64,000 nucleotides of DNA from the human T2T-CHM13v2.0 reference genome, Homo sapiens, in NCBI RefSeq assembly GCF_009914755.1, contig NC_060943.1; one strand, given 5' to 3'. A program made the translations under genes and the position numbers. The notes beneath the pieces are model-generated. The model was not told the DNA's origin. It searched no databases and worked only from the letters and a program-made list of their open reading frames with translations. This document shows, piece after piece, positions 20,201-42,350 of the stretch (positions are counted from its first letter, which is position 1; each line of letters opens with the position of its first letter).

Positions 20201-20799
20201 TGGGAAAGGGCAGCACTTCAGAAAAGGTAGAGGAAGGAACTCTAACAAATTAACTCATGACAAGTATACGTATATATAAAAACAGCACACTAAAGTCTCT
20301 GGAAATTGTCCTAAGGTCATTCAGCACTTGGAGAAATATTCATTAAAAAAAATCAACTAGGCCGGGTGGGGTGGCTCACGCCTGTAATCCCAGCACTTTG
20401 GGACACTGAGGTGGGCGGATCACTTGAGGTCAGGAGTTCAAGACCAGCCTGGCCAACATGGCAAAACCCCATCTCTACTGAAAATACAAAAATTGGCTGG
20501 GCGTGGTGGAATGTGCCTGTAATCCCAGCTACTTGGGAGGCTGAGGCAGGAATCACTTGAACCTGGGAGGCAGAGTGAGCCGAGACTGTGCCACTGTGCT
20601 CCAGCCTGGGCAACAGAGTGAGATTCCATCTCAAAAAAATAAAAAATAAAAAATAATCAACTGAATATTGGTAAGAACAAGAGGCTGTTGCATCTGAGCT
20701 GTGACCTGCTCCCTTACCCAGCCAGCTCCCAGCTCCAAGGGTTCTATTCCAGGTAGGTGCAGCCCAGACAGGGGCTGCCTCTCCTGTCAGCTCCCATGC

Positions 20800-24301
<3,502 letters not shown>

Positions 24302-24457
24302 TCAGTCAGCCAAGATCACGCCACTGCACTCTGGCCTGGGTGATAGAGTGATACTCTGTCTCAAAAAAAAAAAAAAAAAAAAGGAAATGACACAGACTGG
24401 ACAGGGTGGCTCACACATTTAATGCCAGTACTTTGGGAGGTCAAGGCAGCAAAATCA

Positions 24458-24723
<266 letters not shown>

Positions 24724-24940
24724 CTAAATGGCCTCTACGTTTTCTTTCGGGCTGTAAAATTCTATGCACTAGAAGGCACTTAGATCAGTCCTGGGGCACA
24801 TCTGAATAGCAAAGGAACCCTCAGACTAGGTACACCCAGGCAGGAGACAATCACTGAACCCAATGCTACAAGGTAGAGTGGCTGTGGTCCGCAGGCAATC
24901 CACCCTGGGATCACAGAGTGAGTGCCCCAGCCTCACTCAC

Positions 24941-25238
24941 CGAGCATGGAGCTGATGAGCTGGTCAGGGCTGGCCTGAGTGGACGTGGAACAGAGGGTGT
25001 TGAAGTACACCCCAGAGCCCTCCCGGATGGGGCTGAGCATTGGGGGTGGTGTGTAGGGGGAGCACTGGAATAAGCCCTTCAGGAGGCAGTCCACCAGGAA
25101 CATGGGTGACCGCAGGCGGCTCTGGTGGCATCCTGCAGGGCCAGGCTCCCCAGCCGTGGAGGGTGGGGGCCGCTTCTTCCGCTTTCTCTGCTGGCTGCTC
25201 TCCTTGCTGTCTCGCTCCTCCCCGTCTTTCTCTTGTCC
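24941..25238 (-). CDS. ZNF541: ZNF541 coding exon 7/15 (basic NLS-like RKRKKR; YTPPPMLSPIREGSG motif)
   Basis: cttcttcag|GQEKDGEE...LISSML|gtgagt; 298 nt. A possible alternative in-frame acceptor lies at 25295. Confidence 0.9.
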
Positions 25239-25789
25239 CTGAAGAAGTTTAGAACCACAGGTGGTCGCCTGAAGCCACCTACTGCACCACTCCATCTCCA
25301 GGATGGAAAGAGAGCAGGAAAAGGAGACCGGCCAGAGACAGGAAACTAGGAAATGCACGCCCGGCAAAGGAGGCTGGCCACACCTGAGCCAGACCTGACG
25401 TACTGAGCCTGGCGATGATCCGGCTGCAGCCTTCTCCTGCACCCACTGCCCCAGCAGAGCCCCTGACTCTGTGTAAGAATAGCCTCAATCATTAAGATGA
25501 CTGGCCCTTAAAAAGAGAGAGATCCCCAGAGATACAGTGTGACGGTGAAGAAAGAAATGCTGCTCCACCCAAATGACAAGCACCGAAATGACCCAGCCAC
25601 TGACTCAGGGGACCTTCAGGTCCACGGACTGTGTCCCCGAGTCCAGCAGGAGCTTCTTCAGTAGGGGGTCCTCCAGTACAGGCTGCAGAGACAAGCCCTA
25701 CGAGACTGATCACTCGTAACTCACCATGCTCTCTCTCACTTCCACAAAATCTCCTCTCCGCTCTGCCAGCCCTACTCCTCCTCATCCTC

Positions 25790-26677
<888 letters not shown>

Positions 26678-26974
26678 CTAAACACAGAAGAGAAGAGATG
26701 GCTCTTTAAGAGATAAGGTAGGTGGGGAAAGGAAGAGCTGCTTCAGCAAAAAAAGCTGTCATAGAAAACAGCAGTGAGTCTGTGGCATGGACCAAGCTGG
26801 AGAGCTGCTGCAGCCCATGGCAATGGCCTGCCCCTGGAGAGCCACACAGCCTGACTCCAGCCCCCGACCCAGAGTGACGTCCCCATCCTGAGATAAGTGA
26901 CACCAATCTCGTTTACTCCCCACAGGCCTGCCAGAAACCCAGTAACCACCAAGCCACTGGTCGTCCCCCTTCAC

Positions 26975-27134
26975 CTGCGGTTCCTGCTTCCCTCGAGGTG
27001 ACGGCCACTGGTCGCTGTGAAAACACATGTGGCTGCTCAGCCCTTTCTCCGTATAAAACATCTGGCTGCAGTTCTTGCAGACAAAAGTGCTCCTGGGCTT
27101 CGTCCAGTCTGTGGGACTGCCGTTTTGCTGGTTA
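26975..27134 (-). CDS. ZNF541: ZNF541 coding exon 5/15 (C2H2 finger 4)
   Basis: ccacag|(G)NQQNG...FVCKNCSQMFYTEKGLSSHMCFH...KQEPQ|gtgaag; 160 nt. Confidence 0.92.
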
Positions 27135-27185
27135 CTGTGGGACATGGCAGGAAAGAAGAGTGGGAGATTAGGACTCTGTCCTTGA

Positions 27186-27497
<312 letters not shown>

Positions 27498-27691
27498 TGA
27501 AGTGCTGGGATTACAGGCGTGAGCCACCGCGTCCAGCCTGACTACTCTTGATAAACCCTATAAAATGGAGGCTGTACCCTAATCCCATTAGGACTGAAAG
27601 CATCCTCCCCACTCACTTGTCCAGGGCCGGCACAGGAAGGCCAGAGGACTCCTGCCAGGGTGCATGCAGGATCGGGGGCTTCTTAACTTAC

Positions 27692-27750
27692 CCTCTGCCT
27701 GCCACATTCTCTTCCTTCACCGGATGGGGGAGCCTGTAGATGTTTCCACC
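27692..27750 (-). CDS. ZNF541: ZNF541 coding exon 4/15 (small exon)
   Basis: catcttcag|GGNIYRLPHPVKEENVAGR(G)|gtaagt; 59 nt; needed to keep the frame between its neighbours. Confidence 0.9.
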
Positions 27751-27799
27751 CTGAAGATGAAAATGCATCTGAACCAACACATCCAAAATGAAGAGGCAA

Positions 27800-29170
27800 G
27801 AAGAGCTCAAATTACAGACTTTTAGAAGAAAACATCAGAGTAAATCTTCATGACCTTGGATTAGACAGTGGTTTCTTAGATAAGACACCAAAGCAAAACA
27901 GACAAATTAGACTTCATCAAAATGTAAAACTTTTAGCCAGGCGTGGTGGCTCATGCCTGTGATCCCAGGACTTTGGGAGGCCGAGGTGGGAGGATTGCTT
28001 CAGCCCAGGAGTTTGAGACCAGCCTGGGCAACATGGCAAAACCCCATCTCTACAAAAAATACAAAAATTGGCCTGGCATACTGGCATGGGCCTGAGGTCC
28101 CAGCGACTCAGGAGGCTGAGGTGGGAGAATCACTTGAGCCAGGAGTTCAAGGTTGCAGTGAGCCATGATCGTACAACTTCACTCCAGCCTGAGTGACAGT
28201 GAGACCCTGTCTCAAAAAAAAATAAAAAATAAAAAATAAAAACTTTTGTCCTGCAAATGGTATCATAAATAAAGTGAAAAGACAGACCACAAAATGAAAG
28301 AATATTTGCAAGTCATGTGTCAGATAAGGGTCTTGCATCCAGAATATATAGAGAACTCAAAAAATAGTAATCTGATTTTAAAAAATAAGCAAAGGACCTG
28401 AACAGACATTTCTTCTAGAAAGATACACAGATGGCCAATAAGAACACAGAAAGGTGTTCAACGTCAGCAGCCACGGGGAAATACAAATCAAAACCACAAT
28501 GAGATACTGCTTCACACCCGCCAGGGTAGTTATAATTTAAACAAACCACGGACAATAACAAGTGTTAGTGAGGACATGGAGAATGTGGAGCCCTCATACA
28601 CTGTGGGTGGGAAGAGGAAACAAGCAAAACAGCCTAGTAGTTCCTCAGACCTAAAACAGAACTGCTGTACGACCTGGCGATTCTACTCCTAGAACATAAA
28701 TCCCCATAAAAATTTGTACATGGGTGAATATTCACAGCAGCACCATATTCAAAATAGCCAAAAAGTGGAAACAACCCAAATGTCCATCCACTGATGAACA
28801 GACAAATAAAACGCGGCCTTATCCATCCAACAGAGGATCACTCAGTCATGGAAAGGAATGCAGCTCTGCCGTTTGCCACCCCACGGATGAGCCTGGAAAA
28901 CGTCATGCTGAGTGAAGGAAGCCAGATACGAATGCCACAGAGTGCATGATTCCACTCATATGCAATGTCCAGAACAGACACATCCACAGAGACAGAAAGG
29001 AGACTCGTGGCTGCCAGGCCCTGGGGGGAGGGCGAGATTGTGGGTGACAACTAAGAAATGTGGGGTTCCTTTTGGGGAGATGAAACTGTTCTGGCAAAGA
29101 GTGGGGATGGTTGCACGATCTTGTGAATATACTACAAATTACCCAACGCTACACTTTAAAATGGTGTATT
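27800..29170 (+). mobile_element. Old L1M 3' fragment
   Basis: caaatcaaaaccacaatgagatac, ggaaacaacccaaatgtccatc and an L1M-type 3'UTR. Confidence 0.65.
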
Positions 29171-29245
29171 CAGGCCAGGCACCATGACTCATGCCTGTAA
29201 TCTCAGCACTTTGGGAGGCCGAGGCAAGCACATCACCTGAGGTCA

Positions 29246-29494
<249 letters not shown>

Positions 29495-30440
29495 TCAGCA
29501 CTTTGGGAGGCTGAGGCGGGTGGATCACGAGGTCAGGAGTTCAAGACCAGCCTGGCCAAGATGGTGAAACCTCGTCTCTACTAAACACACAAAAATTAGC
29601 CAGATGTGGTGGCGCATGCCTGTAATCCCAGCTACTCGGAGGCTGAGGCAGAGAACTGCTTGAACCCAGGAGGCGGAGGTTGCAATGAGCTGAGATAGCA
29701 CCACTGCATTCCAGCCTGGGCGACAGAGTGAGACTCCATCATAAATAAATAAATAAAATAAATTTAAAAAATAAAATAAAGTGGTGGATTTGGCTGGGCA
29801 TGGTGGCTCATGCCTGTAATCCCAACACTTTAGGAGGCCGAGATGAGAGGATTGCTTGAGCCCAGGGGTTCAAGACCAGGCTGGGCAACATAGCGAGACC
29901 CCCTCCATCTCTAAAAAATATATAAAAAATAAAATGGTGCATTATTTGGCACCTGAATAATAAAGATGTTAACAAAACAAAAATGAGGTAGCTGTGGTAT
30001 GATGGGAAGCTACTCATCCTCCTGAGTAGCTGGGACCACAGGCGTGCACCACCATGCCCAACTAATTTTTTTTAAATTTTGGTAGAGACAGGGTTTCGCC
30101 ATGTTGCCCAGGTTGGACATGGAGTCAGGAGACCTGGATGAGCTCTTTGGACCAGGCCCTCCAAACACAACATCTGGAGGAACCAGTGAATAATTATCAA
30201 TGTGCTTAAGTGTGGGGCACGATGCAGGTGCCCACTTGTGCTTGTGGAAACCAAGACTCACAATCAGAAAACACATGGCCATTTCAAGCAGGAATCTTTA
30301 AAGGAAAGAGAGCATCTACCTTCATATCCTCTGAAGATTCTAAAAAGGCAAATCCAAAGGGAAACAAGAGAAAAAAAAAAGCAAAAAAGGCTTTGTGAGA
30401 TAACAGTGTTTTGAACAACTCTGGGATATCCTCATGTTGA

Positions 30441-30747
30441 TCTTTTTTTTTTTTTTTAAGACAGGGTCTTGCTCTGTTGCCCAGGCTGGAGTGCAGAGAC
30501 ACAATCTCAGCTCACTGAAACCTCCATCTTCCAGGTTCAAGCGATTCTCCCCCACCTCAGCCTCTCGAGTAGCTGGGACCACAGGCGTGTGCCACCACGC
30601 CCAGCTACTTTTTTAAAATTTTGGTAGAGACTGGGTTTCGCCATGTTGCCTAGGCTGATCTCGAACTCCTGAGCTCAAGCAGTCTCCCCACTTCAGCCTC
30701 CCATCCCAAAGGGCTGGGATTACAGGCATAAGCCACCTCACCTGGCC
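30441..30747 (-). mobile_element. Alu downstream of the large ZNF541 exon
   Basis: Reverse Alu consensus after a poly-T. Confidence 0.88.
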
Positions 30748-30924
30748 TCATTCTGGTCTTTTTTTTTTTAGTGGGGAAAACCACAATCTTTCGGAACCTT
30801 AATTCCTTCCTCTGTAAAATTGCATCTGGGGACTCTCTGAAATGAAATAAAATGCCTGGACAACTAACAAATGCAAAGGAAACTCACTCCACTCTGGTCA
30901 GGCCACGTGAGAGAGAGCTGGTAC

Positions 30925-32779
30925 CTGGATTCTGCTGAATATTGTCAGCTTGGACTTGGAGGGATCTGCCGGGGGCCCGGCCGATGAGAAGGAGGCCATG
31001 GCTACCTGGCTCGGAGAAGCCGCACAGCACATATCCATCTTCGCCTTCTCTTTCCGGAAGCCGGAGAATCGCGGGGCCCTGGGGTTGCCCAAGAGCCGGT
31101 AGCCTCCACCCCGGGAGCAGGCTGGGCCCTTTTCACCTTTTGTGATCCTTGAAGCCGCGCCATTCTCGGCTGGGGCCTGCTTCCCTGGCAGCGAGGCTCC
31201 TGGTGGCTCCTCCCCACCTAACTGGGTCTGCCGTTGGCCTGTGGAGGGGAAGATGTCCTCCAGGTCCAAGCTCCCTTTAGAGGATCGCAGCTGCTTGGCC
31301 AGAGAAGAGATGTCTGGATTCCTGGAAGGGTCCAGAGACGGTGCTGCAAGGGGCGTTGGAACCGCGGCCACTTTCAGTCCCCCCTTTGCGTCTCGTCTCG
31401 TGCTGCCGGGGGAGGCCTCTCTGGGAACCCCGGGTGTGGTTTTTCTCCTGCGGGCTGGGGAGCCCTCTGCCTCGGGGTTTCCAGGGCCGGCGTGGAGAGA
31501 GTCCACAGCAGGAGCCAGTGGTGGGGGCTGCTGCGGCCACGGCCCCTGCAGCGGCCTCAGGGCGGCTGGTTTGCCCTCGGGCGCAGGGAGCTGGGAGGAG
31601 ACTGCTGCCACCTGGGCATGGGAGAAGATCCGCTGGGACTTGGTGATCATCTGGAACACCTGCATCTGCTCGTGGCTCACAAGAGGTTCCTGCGACTTGA
31701 GGAAGAGCTGGCGGAAGAGCGGCGAGGCATCCGCAGGGAGCCCGCCTGCCTTCTGGGCCTCCTGGAGGCCGGGCTCCCCGGGGTTCTGGCACAGGAAGGA
31801 GTCGCAGTCGACCTTGACCTTCTTGGGGGCGCAGGGGTCATCTTCCCCGCTGGCCGACCTGGGGTCGCTCGGGGCCTCCGCGGGGACCCTGAGGAGCGCG
31901 GCAGGGAAGGGCAGAGCATCCTCCAGGCCACCGCCGGGGCCGGGCGGGGACTCCTCCGAGGGGCTTCCGCTGCTGGGTCCCGGGCCAGACTCGGAGCCCT
32001 CCCGCGAGGGCACGGCCGAGGGCTTGTGGACAACAAACACGTTGTTGCCTTTGCTTTTGGGACAGCCCGGCAGGTTCCGGAGCCACTGGAAGCTGTGGCT
32101 CGATGGCTGGGAACTGGCAGGGACCGTCTGGCCTCGGAAGAGAGGCAGGCAGGCAGGCACGGAGCCGCCTTCGGGCCAGCACTCCGCGGTGGACCGGGCC
32201 TGGAGCAGCGCGGTATCTGGCTCCGGCTCTGGCGGGTCGGGGGCGCCGTTCTCGGCGGCCCTGGAATTAGGGGCTGTGAACACGTCAGTGGCCGGCTCTT
32301 TCTGTGGGAGGCAAGGCTCCTCGGGAAGCTCGGTGTCCAGCGCTGCTGGGGCCGCGTGGGGGCCGGCTGGGGTGCAGGACGAGGACCCCGATGAGGCGGG
32401 GCAGGGACAGGCAGTGTTCCTCCCTTCGCTGTCTGAAGCCCCCGCCGGGGCTGGGCCAGGAGAAGGGGTCTTCTGGTGGACGATGCTACTCACGATGCGG
32501 CGCAGGAGGTCCCGGTGGGGCAGGAGGGAGCCGGGGGACCTGGCCTCTGGGGGCACCAGGGACCGCAGGCTGCTGGGGGGCGGCTGGCCGGCCGACTCGT
32601 GGGCGTGGGGGGAGTCCCCGCAGGCCTCTTCCTCCGGGGGGGCTTCCTTCAGGATGCACAGGCCGTGATGGACCTCGTAGTGCCGGCGCAGAGAGCGGTA
32701 GTCGCAGTAGCTCTTGCTGCAGCCCTGCTCGATGCACACGAAGGGCTTTGTCTTCTGGTGGGTGAGCATGTGCCCGGTC
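30925..32779 (-). CDS. ZNF541: ZNF541 coding exon 3/15 (end of finger 2, finger 3, long Pro/Ser/Ala-rich region)
   Basis: ggctccag|(L)[38 protein letters not shown]...IFSRIQ|gtacca; 1855 nt; lies within ORF 30898..32808. Confidence 0.95.
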
Positions 32780-33024
32780 CTGGAGCCAGACACAAGCAGG
32801 GGCGTCACCGGGGCACCTGGGACCGGGCTTTCTGCTGTAGGACCCTGGTGGCCCCCAAAAGTCTGTGGTACAGTTGCACCACAATTCAGAAATTGTACTC
32901 AGCCCCCACGAGGAAAGACCACCCAGCAAACCCTGCTTCGGTCAAAGCCATCTGGCAGGGGAGTTCCTCTCCCCTCACCTTTAAGCAAACCCCTTACAGA
33001 AAAGTAAAAAAAAAAAAAAAAACC

Positions 33025-33335
<311 letters not shown>

Positions 33336-34980
33336 AATTTTAAAAAATACAAAAAAAAAAATCCACTGAGGCCAGATCAGATTTCCCCAGAGTGGGTTCC
33401 CAAGGAACACAAAGACCTCCAGAGTTGCTCCTCAAGGACTTTGGCACAGCTAATAAATAAGTTTTGAAAAAACACCATTCACTCCTTGGAGGTTCACGAT
33501 GCACAGTAGCAAATTTAATTAATTAATTTTTTGTTTTTGAGACGGAGTCTTGCTCTGTCACCCAGGCTGGAGTGCAATGGCACGATCTCGGCTCACTGCA
33601 ACTCTGCCCCCCAGGTTCAAGCGATTCTTGTGCCTCAGCCTCCAAGTAGCTGGGACTACAGGTGCGTGCCACCACGCCCAGCTAATTTTTGTATTTTTAG
33701 TAGAGACGGGGTTTTGCCTTGTTGGCCAAGCTGGTCTCGAACTCCTGACCCTCAAGTGATCTGCCTGCCTTGGCCTCCCAAAGTGCTGAGATTACAGGCG
33801 TGAGCCACTGTAGCCGGCACACAGTAGCAAATGTAAAAGCCACACAGAGAGAGACCTGTTTAACTTTCAGTGTCTCTCAAACTTATTTGCCCAGAGAACT
33901 GTTTTTGGTTTTGTTTTCAAAAAGCCCCTATTAGCATTCCTGAGAACCAGAATTCTGCAGAATAGACTGGAGGAGATGCTAACTTGGGGACGATCCTTCC
34001 TTTAACAAAGGAATCTGTGCCTTACCGTAGGAGACCCCTAAGAAGATGCTACCTGGAACCCCCCACAGCAAAGAAGCCAATTTACAGAGGCCCAATCCAT
34101 AGAAACATTATAGAGCCAAACAGCCAAATGTGCCTATAGTTTCTGCAAACAGAAATGCATGTAAATATGTATTGCATCACACCTACCTCTGCATTAACAC
34201 ATTATAAATATAAGCAGAGGAGTACATCACCCTCTGGGCCCCCAACAGCCCTGCTCTGGACAGTCCTAGTCGATGTGGACTAAATCATAAAGTCTTTCCC
34301 CAAAGGCTCACCCTCAGCCTCTGTCTGAGGGAAGCAACAGAGAGGGAATCAGGAGACCTAAGTTCTACCCCCAGCTATTACCAACTTGTGACATGAGCAA
34401 ATTGGCTCCTTTTCCTGGGGTAGGTGTGGGTGAGAGGATAAGATGAAAGATGGATTAGTCAAAGCCCCTTGTGAAAGGGAGGAGCCCCATAAGAATGCTA
34501 AGTACTTTCATCTCCCACTTGCAGGTCTCCTGGTTTGAAAAACATGTGTCTTTCTTTCCCCCACAGGCAAGACAAGCTTATCATTTCCAAGACATTAAGC
34601 GGTGGCTCACACCTGTAATCCCAGCACTTTGGGGAGGCCGAGTCACGCAGATCACTTGAGAAATCCTGTCTCTACTAAAAATACAAAAATTAGCCAGGCA
34701 TGATAGTGCATGCCTGTAGTCCTAGCTACTCAAGATGAGGAGGCAGGAAAATCACTTGAACCCAGGAGGCAGAGGCTTGCAGTGAGCTGAGATCACACCT
34801 CTGCACTCCAGCCTGAGTGACAGAGCAAGACTGTCCAAAAAAAAAAAAAAAGGAAATTTTGCTCCTGACACTTTTTAAGTCAAAAGTTAAAAGGAAAAGA
34901 ATGAGTTTTTTAAAAAAGAAAAAAAAACAAAAAAAAAAATAGAAAAGAAAAACAAAGCTGGGGCCGGGTGCGGTGGCTCA

Positions 34981-35337
<357 letters not shown>

Positions 35338-35771
35338 CTATCCCAAAACACAGAGAACACAGATCCGTTTTCCTCAGACACCTACCAGAGACTCAGGACA
35401 TAGCTCTATAAAGTTAGCCCAACTCCTCCCATGACACAATTGACTCAGAAGCCAGCTGTTAGGCGTTTTTAACCCACAAGCAGCCCATCTGCAAACAGAA
35501 GCAGGGGCTTCCTCACAGGCGTGAATTTAGGGGCTGGGACAGCAGCGCCCACTCTCTTCCCTGCGCTCTGATGGTGTGAGAAGAACGGAGTGGGCTGGGC
35601 ACGGTGGCTCACACCTGTAATCCCAGAACTTTGGGAGGCCAAGGCGGGAGGATCACTTGAGGTCAGGAGTTCAAGATCAGCCTGGCCAACATGGTGAAAC
35701 CCTGTCTCTACTAAAAATAATACAAAAATTAGCTGGGTGTGGTGGCGGGCGCTTGTAATCCTAGCTACTCA

Positions 35772-36285
<514 letters not shown>

Positions 36286-36762
36286 CTAAACAGAGGGAGA
36301 AAGCACAGGTTATACACAGCCAAGGCAACCAAGCGAAAAGCACGACTAAGGCACTCTACACCTCTTAGAACCATGGTGGCCTTGTAAGTGTTGCGCGAGA
36401 ACTCTTGCTCCACACAAAGTAAACAAGGTTCAGGAGCAGGTGAGGGGAACAGAAGCCCTGCAGGATGGCACCCGGACTTGGTGCCACGTGTGGAGGGATG
36501 ACTGCAGACTGAAGCCCTTCCAGAGCAGCATGACCACAATGGGCTGGGCTTTATGACCACACCATCACCTGGTACTCTTGGAACGGCAATTAGAAATATA
36601 TTATCCAAAACCTTGGAAAAGTAGAAATCCTTGCACACACCCAGCCAATTCTGTTTTTGGGGTTTTCACATAAGGAAATAAATGTAGCTTTGTACAAAGA
36701 TCTAGCTGCAAGGGAGTAAACTGTCATACTGCTTTTCCTGGTGAAATGTTATAAACAACCTA

Positions 36763-37324
<562 letters not shown>

Positions 37325-37900
37325 TTATATTTTATGTATCCCTTGGATAAAATGATAAAATATATAGTTATGAATCACATCACCCAAGAAATAGTTAAAG
37401 GAACTGGGAATATTCAGTTTGGAGAGGTCAGACGTCTTCAAATATCTGAAGGGCCAGTGTATACAGGAGACAGCAGACTGCTTCTGTCTTGCTCTAAGTA
37501 CAGTGGTGCGATCACAGCTCATTGCAGTCTCTAAGTCCTGGGCTCAAGTGATCCTCCCACCTCAGCCTACTGAGTAGCTGGGACTACACGGGCCACCACC
37601 ACTCCCAGCTGATTTTTAAATTGTTATTTGTTGTAGAGCTAGGCTTGGTGAATGAAAATTAAAGGGAAGCTGACCTCACACCACTGGAAACATAGGGTTT
37701 GGCCTTGCTCACTGCTGTGTTCTCAGATGCGAGAGTTCCCATTCTGGCACTCACAGGCACTCAATAACTGTATGTTAGATGAAGGAATAATAAAAGATTT
37801 TTCTACTTTTTAGATTGACCTGAAAGGTGGATTAGACTGTCTTTTTTTTTTTAATTTTTTTTTTTTTTGAGACTGAGTCTTACTCTGTTGCCCAGGCTAG

Positions 37901-38173
<273 letters not shown>

Positions 38174-38174
38174 T

Positions 38175-38336
38175 GATAGAGATGGGGTCTCACTATGTTG
38201 TCCAGGCTAGAGTGCAGGGGTTATTCACAGACGCAATCATAGCTCACCGCAGCCTTGAACTCCTGGGCGTGAGCAGTCCTTCTGACTCAGCCTCCCAAGC
38301 AGGTGAGACTACACGTGCACACCACCATGCCCAGCT
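38175..38336 (-). mobile_element. FAM-like (7SL-derived) Alu monomer
   Basis: Contains the 7SL-type segment ttattcacagacgcaatcatagc, which dimeric Alus lack. Confidence 0.55.
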
Positions 38337-38652
38337 AATTTTTATTTTTATTTCTTGAGACAGGGTCTTATTCTGTCACCCAGGCTACAGTACAGTGGTG
38401 CGATCACAGCTCATTGCAGTCTCTAAGTCCTGGTCTCAAGTGATCCTCCCACCTCAGCCTATTGAGTAGCACGGGCCACCACCACCCCAGCTGATTTTTA
38501 AATTGTTATTTGTTGTAGAGATGGGGTCTCACTATGTTGCCCAGGTTAGTCTCAATCTCCTGGACTCAAGCAATCCTCCTGACTTGGCCTCCCAAAGTGC
38601 TGGGATTACAGGCGTGAACCATACATAGCACCTGGCTTAAACTGCCTTATGA

Positions 38653-38781
<129 letters not shown>

Positions 38782-39337
38782 TGAGTGGCTGAGATTAGAG
38801 GCGCCTGCCACCATGCCAGGCTAATTCTTATATTTTTAGTAGAGACGGGGTTTTGCCATGTTGGCCAGGCTAGTCTCAAACTTCTGGCCTCAAGCGATCC
38901 TCCCACCTCAGCCTCCCAAAGTGCTGGGATTACAAAGTGCATGAGCCACTGTGCCCAGCCAAGATGGCAAGTTTGGAAATAATAATTTATCAGGGATACT
39001 ATGGAGATGGGATCCAAGAATTCAATGGGCCAGGGCATGGGAAGAGCAGGAGGTTGCTCTAAAGGATCCAATCGTGCAAATTCTCTGTGGCTCATGAGAT
39101 GCAGTGTGACAGACACAGCAGAAGGGAAACTGGGCTGGGAGTCTTGAGGCCTAGACTCTCCTCCCAATCCTGCCTGTGGCCATTTGTCATGGAACTTGCT
39201 TGGCCTTTGTCTTTGTCCTCTGAGAAATTACTATAATGAGTAGTCAAATAACTCCAACAGTTTCAACAAGGAAAAACCGGGCTCCCTCAGGCAAAAGTCC
39301 TTAGCCTTACTCAGTCACTTAAAAATGCCTATTAAAA

Positions 39338-39574
<237 letters not shown>

Positions 39575-39692
39575 CTATTAAAGCAACTATAAAACTAGAA
39601 AACAAAACGTTTTTAAAAATTGGCAAGGAGGCCGGGCACGGTGGCTTATGCCTGTAATCCCAGCACTTTGGGAGGCCGAGGAGGGTGGATCA

Positions 39693-40441
<749 letters not shown>

Positions 40442-40488
40442 TGATCCGCCTGCCTCGGCCTCCCAAAGTGCTGGGATTACAGGCGTGA

Positions 40489-40647
<159 letters not shown>

Positions 40648-41125
40648 TAAAATTGTTTAATGCTCCGTCTGGGTAAACTGACTTTGAGGAAAATATTCAA
40701 AGAACTAATCCAAAAGAAAACTCAACATGTACAAAGTTGTTCACAGAAACACTTTAACAGTCCAAACAGCAAGAATATGGTCTAACAGTCCAATGGAATA
40801 GCTATTTCAGTGACCCTCAGTATGAAGGTCTACCTTCAATATGAAAGCAAATACACCAACTCTTACAACTTAAATGGAATTATATACTTAATATTATCTC
40901 TGCAAGACTATGTATGTCTGACTTTACCCACGTTTAAAAATTTACAAGTGAGGTCAGGTGTGGTGGTTCACACCTGTAATCCCAAGCACTTTGGAAGGCC
41001 AAGGTAGGCAGATTGCTTGAGCTCAGTTCGAGACCAGACTGGGAAACATAGTGAAACCCCTTCACTACTAAAAATACAAAAGTTAGCTGGGTGTGGTGGC
41101 ACACACTTGTAATCCCAGCTACTCA

Positions 41126-41284
<159 letters not shown>

Positions 41285-41675
41285 TTAAGGTCTATGAAGT
41301 GTGTTTACAATAGTTCCTTCTTTTGTTTTACTCTGGGGGGAAGCAGAGAGGATATTATTGTCCACCTGCTTTATGGATAAAGACACTGGGGTCTAAGAAG
41401 GCCTGACAACCAAAGATCAGAAGGGACCGGACCCCAGTTCATTCTGGAAATGTGACATCAGCCTCTAAGGTGTGGTAATGGGAAGGAAAGTCTTCAGTAA
41501 ATGCTAACATCTGCCCACACACCACACAAAAGATAAGGATATCCCCAGACACCTAAGTTTCTGAACATTATTCCCTAGAATGAGTGTTCTGTTTCCTTTA
41601 CTAAGAATTGGGGGCCGAGTGTGGTGGCTCACGCCTGCAATCCCACCACTTTGGGAGGCGGAGGTGGGAGGATCA

Positions 41676-41948
<273 letters not shown>

Positions 41949-42007
41949 TCATGAGGTCAGGAGATCAAGACCATCCTGGCTAATGCAGTGAAACTCCGTT
42001 TCTACTA

Positions 42008-42280
<273 letters not shown>

Positions 42281-42350
42281 TCAGTCCCTAGCTGGCCACA
42301 GAAACTGTCGAACATCCTGCAGGGCCCTTCTACCCAGGTGACAGCCTCAC

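Noticed and set aside
31142-32668. 508-aa and 386-aa plus-strand ORFs antisense to the large exon
   Set aside because: These are shadow ORFs of a GC-rich coding exon. They have non-ATG starts, low-complexity translations and no domain.
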